Shown here: piece by piece, positions 42,044 through 50,740 of the stretch | Position numbering within the stretch: the stretch's first letter is position 1 | Layout: every line of letters starts with the position of its first letter | Source of the DNA: an uncultured Carnobacteriaceae bacterium | GTDB lineage: Bacteria > Bacillota > Bacilli > Lactobacillales > Aerococcaceae | Length of the DNA stretch: 64,000 nt | Assembly (NCBI GenBank): GCA_938039195.1 | Contig: CALHVK010000115.1 | Span: 4,882 to 68,881 of the forward strand | Direction: 5' to 3' | Position numbers and translations under genes: made by a program | The notes under the pieces: generated by a model | The model's database searches: none | Told to the model about the DNA's origin: nothing | What the model saw: only the letters and a program-made list of their open reading frames with translations

Positions 42044-43492
42044 ATGGCAGAAAAAACAAACTTACAAAGAGAAGATTTCTCTAAATGGTATATTCAAACC
42101 ATTCAAAAAGCAGATTTAATGGACTATTCACCAGTGCGTGGATGTATGATTTTCAAACCAGACGGATATGAAATCTGGGAACATATTCAAGAGGAGTTTA
42201 ACCGTCGTTTCAAAGAAGAAGGCATTCGTAATGCGTACTTCCCAATGTTAATTCCAGAAAGTTTCTTCACTAAAGAAGCAGACCATATTGAAGGATTCGC
42301 TCCTGAATTACCATGGGTAACAGAAGCAGCTGGAGAAAAATTAGAAGAACGTTTAGCGCTTCGTCCAACAAGTGAAACAATGATTGGGACAGCTTTCTCT
42401 AACTGGATCAATTCATACCGTGATTTACCATACGAAGTAAACCAATGGGCGAACGTATTCCGTTGGGAAAAGAAAACTTTACCATTTTTACGTACTTCAG
42501 AATTCTTATGGCAAGAAGGACATACAGCACATGCAGATGAAGAAGATGCACGTCGCCGTACAATGAAAATGCTAGAGATTTATAAAGAAGTCGTAGAAGG
42601 CGTATTAGCAGTGCCAGTTTACGAAGGTCAAAAAACTCCATCAGAACGTTTCGCAGGTGCGGTAGACACTTACTCAATCGAAGCGATGATGAAAGATGGG
42701 AAAGCTGTTCAAGCGGGAACTTCTCACTACATGGGAACAAAATTCGCTGAAGCCTTTGACATTAAATATTTAACAAAAGAAAACGAACACGTACATGCGC
42801 ATACAACTTCTTGGGGAGTATCCACTCGTTTAATCGGTTCATTAATCATGACTCACGGTGACGAACAAGGATTAGTATTACCTCCAAAAGTAGCTCCAAC
42901 ACAAGTAGTCTTAATTCCAGTTGGACCATGGAAGAAAAATCCAGCAATCTTAGAAAAATTAGAAGAGCTTCAAAAAGAATTGAAAGCAGCTGGATTACGC
43001 GTGAAGATTGACGACACTGACAACTCACCAGGATTCAAATTCAATGAGTGGGAATTACGTGGTGTTCCAATGCGTATCGAATGCGGACCTCGCGACTTAG
43101 AAAACAATCAAGTGATGACAAAAATGCGTGACTTAGACGAAAAAGTAGCGGTAGGATTCGATGGTTTAGTAGATACAATCTTAGCGGAATTAGATAAAAT
43201 GCAAGGCCGTCTGTTAGAAACAGCTCGTAAGATGCGTGCTTCTAACGAATATACAAACATTGATACTTTAGATGAGTTGAAAGCTCATATCGAAGCAAAA
43301 CGCGAAGCTGGCGAAGTACCTGGTTGGGTATTAGTTGGTTGGGATGGAACAGAAGAAAGTGAAGCGAAAATCAAAGAAGAAACAGGCTTCACAACTCGAA
43401 ATATTCCATTTAACGCTCCAGTGAAAAAAGAAAAATGTATCGTAACAGGTAAACCAGCCACTCATACGGTTTGGATTGCTCGTGCATATTAA
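42044..43492 (+). CDS. proS: Proline--tRNA ligase, archaeal/eukaryote-like type
   Basis: RPTSET, FRWE...PFLRTSEFLWQEGHT, QAGTSH, SWGVSTR, C-terminal ARAY; Pro T-box upstream. Confidence 0.96.
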   Translation: MAEKTNLQREDFSKWYIQTIQKADLMDYSPVRGCMIFKPDGYEIWEHIQEEFNRRFKEEGIRNAYFPMLIPESFFTKEADHIEGFAPELPWVTEAAGEKLEERLALRPTSETMIGTAFSNWINSYRDLPYEVNQWANVFRWEKKTLPFLRTSEFLWQEGHTAHADEEDARRRTMKMLEIYKEVVEGVLAVPVYEGQKTPSERFAGAVDTYSIEAMMKDGKAVQAGTSHYMGTKFAEAFDIKYLTKENEHVHAHTTSWGVSTRLIGSLIMTHGDEQGLVLPPKVAPTQVVLIPVGPWKKNPAILEKLEELQKELKAAGLRVKIDDTDNSPGFKFNEWELRGVPMRIECGPRDLENNQVMTKMRDLDEKVAVGFDGLVDTILAELDKMQGRLLETARKMRASNEYTNIDTLDELKAHIEAKREAGEVPGWVLVGWDGTEESEAKIKEETGFTTRNIPFNAPVKKEKCIVTGKPATHTVWIARAY

Positions 43493-43526
43493 TCGATTAG
43501 GAACTAGTTGGTAGGAGGACAAGATT

Positions 43527-45011
43527 ATGAAAATCAATAAGGCCATTCAAGAATTTGTAAATAGTGCGATTGCTTCAGGGTATGTTTCAAAAGAAGATCG
43601 TTACTATTTATTAAATCGTGTGCTTTATTTAGTGGGAGAAGAATCTTTTGAAAGTTCGAATGAGGTGGAGCAACCTTCTTTACTAGATGCAATGGCAAAC
43701 TTAGTAGAAGCTACTGTTGAAGCTGGTAAGATTGCAAACGACTCTGAAGAACGCGACTGGCTTGAACAAGAGTTAATGAACCTCGTGATTCCAAAGCCTT
43801 CAGATTTGAATCGTCTATTCTGGGAGAAATACGAAGAAGGTCCAAAAGTAGCAACCGATGCGTTTTATAAAATGGCGCTCGATTTAAACTTAATTAAGGT
43901 AAATGATATCGCTAAAAATATTTCCTTTAATGGAGAAACAGAGTATGGCGATTTAGAAATCACGATTAACTTATCAAAACCAGAAAAAACAAAAGAAGAA
44001 ATCATCAAAGCAGCACAGTCGAAGGATTTCAATTATCCTGCCAACCGTCTATGTTTTGAAAACGTGGGCTACCATGGTCGTATCAACTGGCCAGGTCGTG
44101 CAAACCATCGTATCGTAGGAATGGAACTAGATGGAGAATCTTGGGGGTATCACTATTCTCCATATGCTTATTATTCAGAACATGCGATCTTCTTGTCTGA
44201 AAACTTAGAACCAATGAAAGTGGATGAGGGAGCGTTTAGCCGACTCCTTGAAATCGTGACACAGTTCCCACATTATTTTGTAGGGTCAAACGCAGGACTT
44301 CCAATCGTTGGAGGGTCGATTTTAAGTCATAATCACTATCAAGGGGGACGTTACGAATTCCCAATGAACCGTGCTAAAGTTTTAGAAACTGGAATTTCTA
44401 AGAAGTTTGACACCGTTGAAATCGAACGTCTTTACTGGCCGCTTTCTGCGCTTCGTCTTCGCGGAAATAACCGTGAGGAAGTATTTGAAGTAGCGGTTGA
44501 TATCTTGAAAGCATGGGAAGGCTACGAAAACAAAGATCTTGAAATCTTACGTGAGTCTAATGGGGAACCGCACAATGCAATCACGCCAATCGTGCGTCGT
44601 CAAGGAGATGCGTATGAATTTGATTTAGTGTTACGTAACAACCGTACAACACCGGAGTTCCCTGATGGAATTTTCCATCCACATACGGATGTACAACATA
44701 TTAAGAAAGAAAATATCGGTTTAATTGAAGTAATGGGGCTTGCGATTTTACCGCCTCGTCTTGAGCGTGAACTTGGTGAAGTGAGAGACTATCTCGTTGG
44801 AGAAGGAACTCTAGAAGCAGTCGCAGCCATTCACCAAGAATGGGCGAAAGAATTAAAAGCACAAGCACCAACAAAAGAAACTGTAGACGTATTTTTACAA
44901 AAAGCAGTTAGTGCAAAATTCTGCCGTGTGTTAGAATATGCAGGCGTCTTTAAACAAACAAAAGAAGGCCAAGAAGCATTCAGCGCCTTCATGCATGAAT
45001 TTACGAAATAG
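43527..45011 (+). CDS. galT: Galactose-1-phosphate uridylyltransferase, Gram-positive (class II) type
   Basis: ITINLSKPEK, YSPYAYY.EH, PIVGGSILSHNHYQGG, HIKKENIGLIEVMGLAILP. Confidence 0.92.
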   Translation: MKINKAIQEFVNSAIASGYVSKEDRYYLLNRVLYLVGEESFESSNEVEQPSLLDAMANLVEATVEAGKIANDSEERDWLEQELMNLVIPKPSDLNRLFWEKYEEGPKVATDAFYKMALDLNLIKVNDIAKNISFNGETEYGDLEITINLSKPEKTKEEIIKAAQSKDFNYPANRLCFENVGYHGRINWPGRANHRIVGMELDGESWGYHYSPYAYYSEHAIFLSENLEPMKVDEGAFSRLLEIVTQFPHYFVGSNAGLPIVGGSILSHNHYQGGRYEFPMNRAKVLETGISKKFDTVEIERLYWPLSALRLRGNNREEVFEVAVDILKAWEGYENKDLEILRESNGEPHNAITPIVRRQGDAYEFDLVLRNNRTTPEFPDGIFHPHTDVQHIKKENIGLIEVMGLAILPPRLERELGEVRDYLVGEGTLEAVAAIHQEWAKELKAQAPTKETVDVFLQKAVSAKFCRVLEYAGVFKQTKEGQEAFSAFMHEFTK

Positions 45012-45029
45012 TTAGAAAGGAAGTGCCGT

Positions 45030-45761
45030 ATGACAATCCTCGCACTAGATACATCGAATAAGACATTATCGGTCGCTGTAGAACTGACAGACGGTACCAT
45101 TATTGAACAAACGATTGAGAACACGTTGCAACATAGTGTTCTCCTCATGCCAACCATTGAAGCCGTATTTAAAGAAGCCGGCATTACAGCAAAAGACTTA
45201 ACAAAGGTCGTTGTTGCTGAAGGTCCTGGATCTTACACAGGTCTTCGAATTGGCGTAACCGTTGCTAAAACACTCGCGAAGAGTCTGGGGATTCCACTTG
45301 TTGGAGTCTCCAGTCTCGACGTCTTTTTACCGGACCTTGCTTCAAAAGTTGAAGTAGGCGAACTAGTTGTGCCGTTTTTTGATGCCAGACGTGGAAATAT
45401 TTTTGCAGTAGGTTATCAAAAAACTGACGAAGGCTTTGAAAAGGTGATTCCAGAATGTCATAGTTCGTGGGATGATTTTTTAAAATCATTACCAGAACAA
45501 TCAGACAGAGTGACTTTTGTAGGACAATTACAGTCGATTACAAAAGAAGCAATTGTAGAAAAAGGAGCGAGTGAGGCGAAGTGGCTTGAAGGGCCAAATG
45601 CTATTCCTCATGCAACATCGCTCATCGAATTAGGAAGAAATAAGGAAGCTGTTGACGCGGACGTGTTTGTCCCAATGTACTTGAAACTGGCAGAAGCAGA
45701 AGAGAATTGGCAAGCTGAGCATCCTTTAGAAAAGGGGTCAGTGTATGTGGAACGAGTTTAA
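45030..45761 (+). CDS. tsaB: tRNA t6A biosynthesis protein TsaB
   Basis: ALDTS, GPGSYTGLRIG, DARRG, P.YL..AEAEENW. Confidence 0.95.
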   Translation: MTILALDTSNKTLSVAVELTDGTIIEQTIENTLQHSVLLMPTIEAVFKEAGITAKDLTKVVVAEGPGSYTGLRIGVTVAKTLAKSLGIPLVGVSSLDVFLPDLASKVEVGELVVPFFDARRGNIFAVGYQKTDEGFEKVIPECHSSWDDFLKSLPEQSDRVTFVGQLQSITKEAIVEKGASEAKWLEGPNAIPHATSLIELGRNKEAVDADVFVPMYLKLAEAEENWQAEHPLEKGSVYVERV

Positions 45762-46827
45762 AGAACGCTTCGTTCAGTGGTTTGAAAAAATTAAAGCACT
45801 GTTTTTAGAAGAAGCGCAGCATAGAGATCCGATTCGCAACCAGTTTGAGAACTTTGAAAAAAGAGTGATTCTTGGAAACGGCGCGCAAGGAAAAATCAGA
45901 ATCGGATTTCCAGAGGATGCATCTCGCATTTTTGAAGTGGAGAAGGCTGCGTATGATGGAGAGTCTCCATGGGCAAAGGATGTTCTTGAAAAAGATGTCG
46001 CACATAATCCAGATGCCATTTATATTGTGCTTGAATCCGAAGGGGATATTATCGGTTTTGTCGGCGCAAGAACGACACAAGGAACAGATTTACATATCAC
46101 GAATGTTGCTGTATTACCGGATTATCGCTTTTTAAATGTCGCAACTTTATTATTAAAAGCATTAGAAAAAATTGCGCGTTCTCTTGATAAAAAAGAAATT
46201 ACACTCGAGGCGCGTATCTCAAATACCAAAGCCATTAAACTCTATCGCAAAAATGGATATGAGGTAGTGGGAACAAAGGAAAATTACTACACTCCTGAAA
46301 ATGAGGATGCTGTAGAAATGCTTTTCAAATTACCGCCTAAAACACCGTCTTCATTCCATTCGTCTGAGTATTCATTTACAAGACTGCATCCAGCAGATTT
46401 AGCGATGGCAGAGGCATTAGTCGCATTAGTGCAAGAAAATTACGAGCATCCGAACAATTGGAGTGCCGAGAGTTTCTTGGCGGATTTAGAAAATCCAACG
46501 AATACGTACTACGGAGTATGGATGCAACGTCAGTTAGTAGGATTCCTCGGAGTTCAAACGGTACTGGACGAAGCAACGATTACCAATATCGTGATTGCGA
46601 AAGACTATCAAGGTAAAGGCCTCGCGCAACGCTTGTGGCAAATGGCCTTATACGATTTGAAGCAAAAAGACGTCAAAGTGGTTTTCCTAGAGGTACGTGA
46701 AAGCAACAAGCGTGCTCAATATTTATATGAAATTCTTGGGTTTGAAGCCTTCCATACGAGAAGTGACTACTACAAAGACCCTATTGAAGACGCGATTGAA
46801 TATCGCTTAGAAATTGAACAAAGATAG
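45745..46827 (+). CDS. rimI: Tandem double-domain RimI-like GNAT acetyltransferase
   Basis: Two RimI modules (ITNVAV..LEARISN..NYY..EDA and ITNIVI..LEVRESN..DYY..EDA) in one ORF between tsaB and tsaD. Confidence 0.85.
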   Translation: MWNEFKERFVQWFEKIKALFLEEAQHRDPIRNQFENFEKRVILGNGAQGKIRIGFPEDASRIFEVEKAAYDGESPWAKDVLEKDVAHNPDAIYIVLESEGDIIGFVGARTTQGTDLHITNVAVLPDYRFLNVATLLLKALEKIARSLDKKEITLEARISNTKAIKLYRKNGYEVVGTKENYYTPENEDAVEMLFKLPPKTPSSFHSSEYSFTRLHPADLAMAEALVALVQENYEHPNNWSAESFLADLENPTNTYYGVWMQRQLVGFLGVQTVLDEATITNIVIAKDYQGKGLAQRLWQMALYDLKQKDVKVVFLEVRESNKRAQYLYEILGFEAFHTRSDYYKDPIEDAIEYRLEIEQR

Positions 46828-46837
46828 GAGGAGCAAT

Positions 46838-47857
46838 ATGAAAGATACATTGATTCTAGCAATCGAAAGTAGTTGTGATGAGACAAGTGCAGCCGTCATT
46901 CAAAACGGAAATACAATTCTTTCAAATATTGTAGCCTCTCAGATTAAAAGTCATATGCGTTTTGGTGGGGTTGTACCTGAGATTGCCAGCCGCCATCACG
47001 TCGAACAAATTACGCAAGTGATCGATGAAGCATTAGTAAAAGCTAATAAAACACTAGATGACATGGATGCTATCGCAGTGACATATGGCCCAGGACTTGT
47101 TGGAGCTCTTCTGATTGGGATTTCTGCAGCGAAGGCCTTAGCCTTAGCTAGCGGAAAACCACTCATTGCTGTGAACCATATGGCAGGACATATTTACGCG
47201 AACCAACTGGTAGAACCTCTTCAATTTCCTTTAATGGCACTGGTTGTCAGTGGAGGTCATACAGAATTGGTATATATGCCAAAAGACGGTGAGTTCCAGA
47301 TTATCGGTGAAACCAGAGATGATGCAGCAGGGGAAGCGTACGATAAGATTGGTCGTATTTTGAACTTGCCATATCCTGGTGGAAAGAAAATGGATGAACT
47401 AGCGCATGTCGGGAAGGATACTTATGATTTCCCACGCGCAATGATTCATGAAGACCATTTTGATTTTAGCTTTAGTGGATTGAAATCAGCGGTTATCAAT
47501 CGTGTCCATAACGCGAAACAAAAAGGGGAAGAGATTATCCCTGAAGATTTAGCTGCAAGTTTCCAAGCAAGTGTTGTTGAGGTTCTTGTCGAAAAAACAA
47601 GACGCGCACTTGAAACGTATCCTGTAAAACAATTTGTGTTAGCAGGAGGAGTGGCTGCCAATAAGGGGCTTCGTACAGCGATGACACAGATGATGGAAGA
47701 ACACTTCCAAACAGTCACATTCTCAATTCCGCCATTGTCTCTATGCGGGGATAATGCAGCGATGATTGGTGCTGCTGCGTATACAAAATATTTGCAAAAA
47801 GACTTCGCAAATATGGATTTAAACGCAATTCCAGGGCTTGAATTAGGGGATGAATAA
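46838..47857 (+). CDS. tsaD: tRNA N6-adenosine threonylcarbamoyltransferase TsaD
   Basis: [39 protein letters not shown] 46838 follows AGGAGG. Confidence 0.97.
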   Translation: MKDTLILAIESSCDETSAAVIQNGNTILSNIVASQIKSHMRFGGVVPEIASRHHVEQITQVIDEALVKANKTLDDMDAIAVTYGPGLVGALLIGISAAKALALASGKPLIAVNHMAGHIYANQLVEPLQFPLMALVVSGGHTELVYMPKDGEFQIIGETRDDAAGEAYDKIGRILNLPYPGGKKMDELAHVGKDTYDFPRAMIHEDHFDFSFSGLKSAVINRVHNAKQKGEEIIPEDLAASFQASVVEVLVEKTRRALETYPVKQFVLAGGVAANKGLRTAMTQMMEEHFQTVTFSIPPLSLCGDNAAMIGAAAYTKYLQKDFANMDLNAIPGLELGDE

Positions 47858-47862
47858 AACTA

Positions 47863-47957
47863 TTGCAAATTCAATTTGAGCATGGTATTATATTCGTGTT
47901 GCATTATGCATGCGAAAATAAATAACTCTGGATTAGCAAATAATTCAGGGCAGGAGG
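47863..47957 (+). promoter_or_regulatory. rpmE2 promoter and probable L31 ribosomal-protein leader RNA
   Basis: TTGCAA-17-TG.TATTAT; hairpin CTCTGGATTA/TAATTCAGGG abutting the AGGAGG RBS, as expected for a Firmicutes L31 leader (from memory). Confidence 0.55.
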
Positions 47958-47964
47958 AATAGAA

Positions 47965-48210
47965 ATGAAACAAGGAATTCACCCAGAATATCGTCCAGTA
48001 GTTTTCATGGATACAACTACAGGATTCAAATTCTTATCAGGTTCAACAAAGACTTCAAGTGAAACAGTTGTATGGGAAGACGGTAACGAATACCCATTAC
48101 TACGTGTGGAAATCACTTCTGATTCTCACCCATTCTACACAGGTCGTCAAAAATTCACTCAAGCAGACGGACGTGTGGATCGTTTCAACAAAAAATACGG
48201 TCTCAAATAA
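47965..48210 (+). CDS. rpmE2: 50S ribosomal protein L31 type B (zinc-free)
   Basis: MKQGIHPEY...[11 protein letters not shown]...[10 protein letters not shown]; no Cys. Confidence 0.97.
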   Translation: MKQGIHPEYRPVVFMDTTTGFKFLSGSTKTSSETVVWEDGNEYPLLRVEITSDSHPFYTGRQKFTQADGRVDRFNKKYGLK

Positions 48211-48220
48211 GAACTTTACA

Positions 48221-48248
48221 AACTCTCTCACTTCGAGAGAGTTTTTTT
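48221..48248 (+). terminator. Intrinsic terminator after rpmE2
   Basis: AACTCTCTC/GAGAGAGTT stem plus T run. Confidence 0.88.
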
Positions 48249-48274
48249 GTGCGCTCAAAACTTCCGCCAAGGGC

Positions 48275-48528
48275 GGCGATTATGGGATTAGTGGGGATGC
48301 TGCTAGAAAGAGAATTCTTATTATCAGCCATTGTTTATTGAAACAAAATAGCGGGATACCGGAGAAAGCCTTTGAAGTCTTTCTCCTTCGAAGCCTCAAA
48401 CAAGCCGTAATGGATGAAATCCATAACGGCTTTTAATTCGCATTCGATATGATTCCCCGCTATGGTTTCAATAAATGTCTGATAAGCGAATTCTCTTTTT
48501 AATAGGTGAACGCAATCCCATAATCGCC
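48275..48528. repeat. ~250-bp cruciform nested inverted-repeat element (MITE-like or ncRNA)
   Basis: Five nested IR pairs, the outermost a perfect 15 bp (GGCGATTATGGGATT/AATCCCATAATCGCC), plus two internal hairpins. Confidence 0.65.
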
Positions 48529-48628
48529 TTTTGTGGTAAAAACTCTACTCGAGGAGAGAGTTGATATATTCTATTCTCGACAAAGGGCAAGGGAGAAGGG
48601 ATAGAGTGTGTGCGTTTCATAAAAAAGC

Positions 48629-48703
48629 AGATGTAACATTTTTGTTACGTAACAAAAATGTTACATCTTGAAGTGAGAGCGAAATTATCATATATGATAA
48701 TTT
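48629..48703. repeat. Perfect 40-bp palindrome and adjacent perfect 22-bp palindrome
   Basis: AGATGTAACATTTTTGTTAC|GTAACAAAAATGTTACATCT (48629-48668); AAATTATCATA|TATGATAATTT (48682-48703). Confidence 0.9.
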
Positions 48704-48749
48704 TGGACATAAAAAAACAGCCTTGCAAGAAGCAAAGCTGTTTCGAATG

Positions 48750-49607
48750 TTATTTATAAGTGTCTTCAAGTTTTGCCATGAATGCGCCAAGCCATGTACC
48801 GAATCCTAACATTACAACGCAAGCAAGGTATTGAACGATGTCAAATCCAGCGTAGTTTGTTGGGATAATCATTACAGTTGAAGCAAGCACAATTCCGAAA
48901 ATAAAGTGGAATAATTGTGGGTAAGCTTTCTTGAAAATGTAGTGTACAAGTTTTGAGAAGAGCGCTAATGTTACAAGCCCACCTAATGCGATAGGAAGGA
49001 TAACGCTCATGTCTAATGATTTGAAACCATCTGACATTTGTTTGTACATACCCATGTAGACGATGAAGTTTGATGGGCTAAGTCCAGGAACAATAATCCC
49101 AAGGGCGATTAATCCGCCAGCAATCATCCAAGTGAAGAAGTTTGCTTCAACGCTTCCTTCAATAGCAGTGTTTCCTAAGTATAATAGGAAAGTTCCAACT
49201 GCGAATGAAGCTACGAGGATAATAATGTCTCGAGTTGAGCGACCTTCTTTTCCAGCTTCTTTCCAAAGAGCAGGAATTGTACCAACGATACATCCAATGA
49301 AGAACCAAAGGATAATAGTTTCGAAGTTTCCTAATAAGTAGCTCACACCGAAGGATAGAACTACGATACCTGCTAGAGCACCGATTCCCACAGGTAAGAA
49401 GAATAAGAAGTTCTTCTTGAAGTCTTTTGTAACGTTTGCTAGGAAAGCAATTAAACGTTCATAAAGTCCAAAAATGGCAGCGAGTGCACCACCGCTGACA
49501 CCTGGTAGGATAAATCCTGATCCGATGAACATTCCTTTAAAGAATCGTAAGAACCAGTCATTTTTCTTTTGTTTATCTAATTGATGTTGTGTTGATCTTT
49601 GTTCCAT
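48750..49607 (-). CDS. DUF368 membrane protein (PopT-like undecaprenyl-phosphate translocase)
   Basis: Duplicated motifs LPGVSGGALA and VPGLSPS, multi-TM; ATG 49607 follows GGAGGT (start revised). Confidence 0.82.
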   Translation of the reverse strand: MEQRSTQHQLDKQKKNDWFLRFFKGMFIGSGFILPGVSGGALAAIFGLYERLIAFLANVTKDFKKNFLFFLPVGIGALAGIVVLSFGVSYLLGNFETIILWFFIGCIVGTIPALWKEAGKEGRSTRDIIILVASFAVGTFLLYLGNTAIEGSVEANFFTWMIAGGLIALGIIVPGLSPSNFIVYMGMYKQMSDGFKSLDMSVILPIALGGLVTLALFSKLVHYIFKKAYPQLFHFIFGIVLASTVMIIPTNYAGFDIVQYLACVVMLGFGTWLGAFMAKLEDTYK

Positions 49608-49802
49608 AGTACCTCCGATAAAAATTTCTATGTAACCTATTATACTGCAAAATGAAAGATGAGCAAGTAATGTTAAGACTCTTAAGCAAAACTTTCCATT
49701 CATTGCGTCTGAAATGCTTTTTTGATATAATCGAGAGGTGAAAGCTTCAATTTTTTTGACTTTCGTGTTCTATCATTTTCTAATGTGAAAGGAGTTGAAT
49801 GG

Positions 49803-50678
49803 ATGAAAATTGCTGTAGTTACAGATAGTACGGCTTACTTAACAAAAGAAGAACTAGCTGATTTAGGTGTTTACGTGATGCCATTGTCTGTTATTTTTGG
49901 ACAAGAAACATACCGTGAAGATATCGATATTTCAGCAGAAGAGTTTTACGCAAAAGTAAAAACTTCTTCAGTCTTTCCAACAAGTACACAACCACCAGTA
50001 GGAGAAAGTTACGAATTATTCCGTGAACTTGCAAAAGATTATGACGCTATTATTCCTATTACTATTTCTAGCGGAATTAGTGGAACTTACCAAACTTGTG
50101 TGGCTGTTGCTGAAGATATGAAAGACGAAGTAGCCATTTATCCAATCGATTCAGGTATTAGTTGTGCTCCGCAAGCACGTGCAGTAAAACTTGCCGCTAT
50201 TATGGCGAATTCTGGAGAGTATTCACCAGAAGAAATCGTTGAAACTGTACAACGTCTAGTGGATCGTACAACAGCTTACTTTATCGTTGATGATTTAAGC
50301 AACTTACAACGTGGTGGACGTTTATCTGCAGGGGCTGCATTAGTGGGGTCTATGTTGAAAATTAAGCCAATCTTGACATTCGTTGATAAGAAAATCGTTC
50401 CTTTCGAAAAAATTCGTACGCAACAAAAAGCGATGAAACGAATTGAACAATTATTCGCAGACGAAACAGGAACAACAGATGGTGACGGCTATGAATTAGT
50501 CATTATCCATGCAAATGCTCCAGAAGCTGCCGAAGCTTGGAGACAAAAAATGCAAGAACAATATCCTAAATTACGTACTTCATTATCGTATTTTGGACCT
50601 GTAGTAGGAACTCACCTTGGTGAAGGTGCCTTAGGGTTCTCATGGGATATCGTACAAGAAAAGAATTTAGAAAAATAA
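49803..50678 (+). CDS. DegV family fatty-acid binding protein (FakB-like)
   Basis: VVTDST, TSTQP, SGISGT, LQRGGR, IKPIL, GTHLG. Confidence 0.92.
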   Translation: MKIAVVTDSTAYLTKEELADLGVYVMPLSVIFGQETYREDIDISAEEFYAKVKTSSVFPTSTQPPVGESYELFRELAKDYDAIIPITISSGISGTYQTCVAVAEDMKDEVAIYPIDSGISCAPQARAVKLAAIMANSGEYSPEEIVETVQRLVDRTTAYFIVDDLSNLQRGGRLSAGAALVGSMLKIKPILTFVDKKIVPFEKIRTQQKAMKRIEQLFADETGTTDGDGYELVIIHANAPEAAEAWRQKMQEQYPKLRTSLSYFGPVVGTHLGEGALGFSWDIVQEKNLEK

Positions 50679-50684
50679 ATTTTT

Positions 50685-50715
50685 AGGGGAGCAGAGACAT
50701 CTGCTTCCTTTTTTT
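50685..50715 (+). terminator. Intrinsic terminator after degV
   Basis: AGGGGAGCAGA/TCTGCTTCCT stem plus T run. Confidence 0.8.
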
Positions 50716-50740
50716 CATATCTTTTGTTGAGGTGATAGAT

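Noticed and set aside
48059..48436. 125-aa ORF overlapping rpmE2 and the cruciform element
   Set aside because: Out-of-frame overlap with rpmE2, crosses its terminator, no RBS or motif
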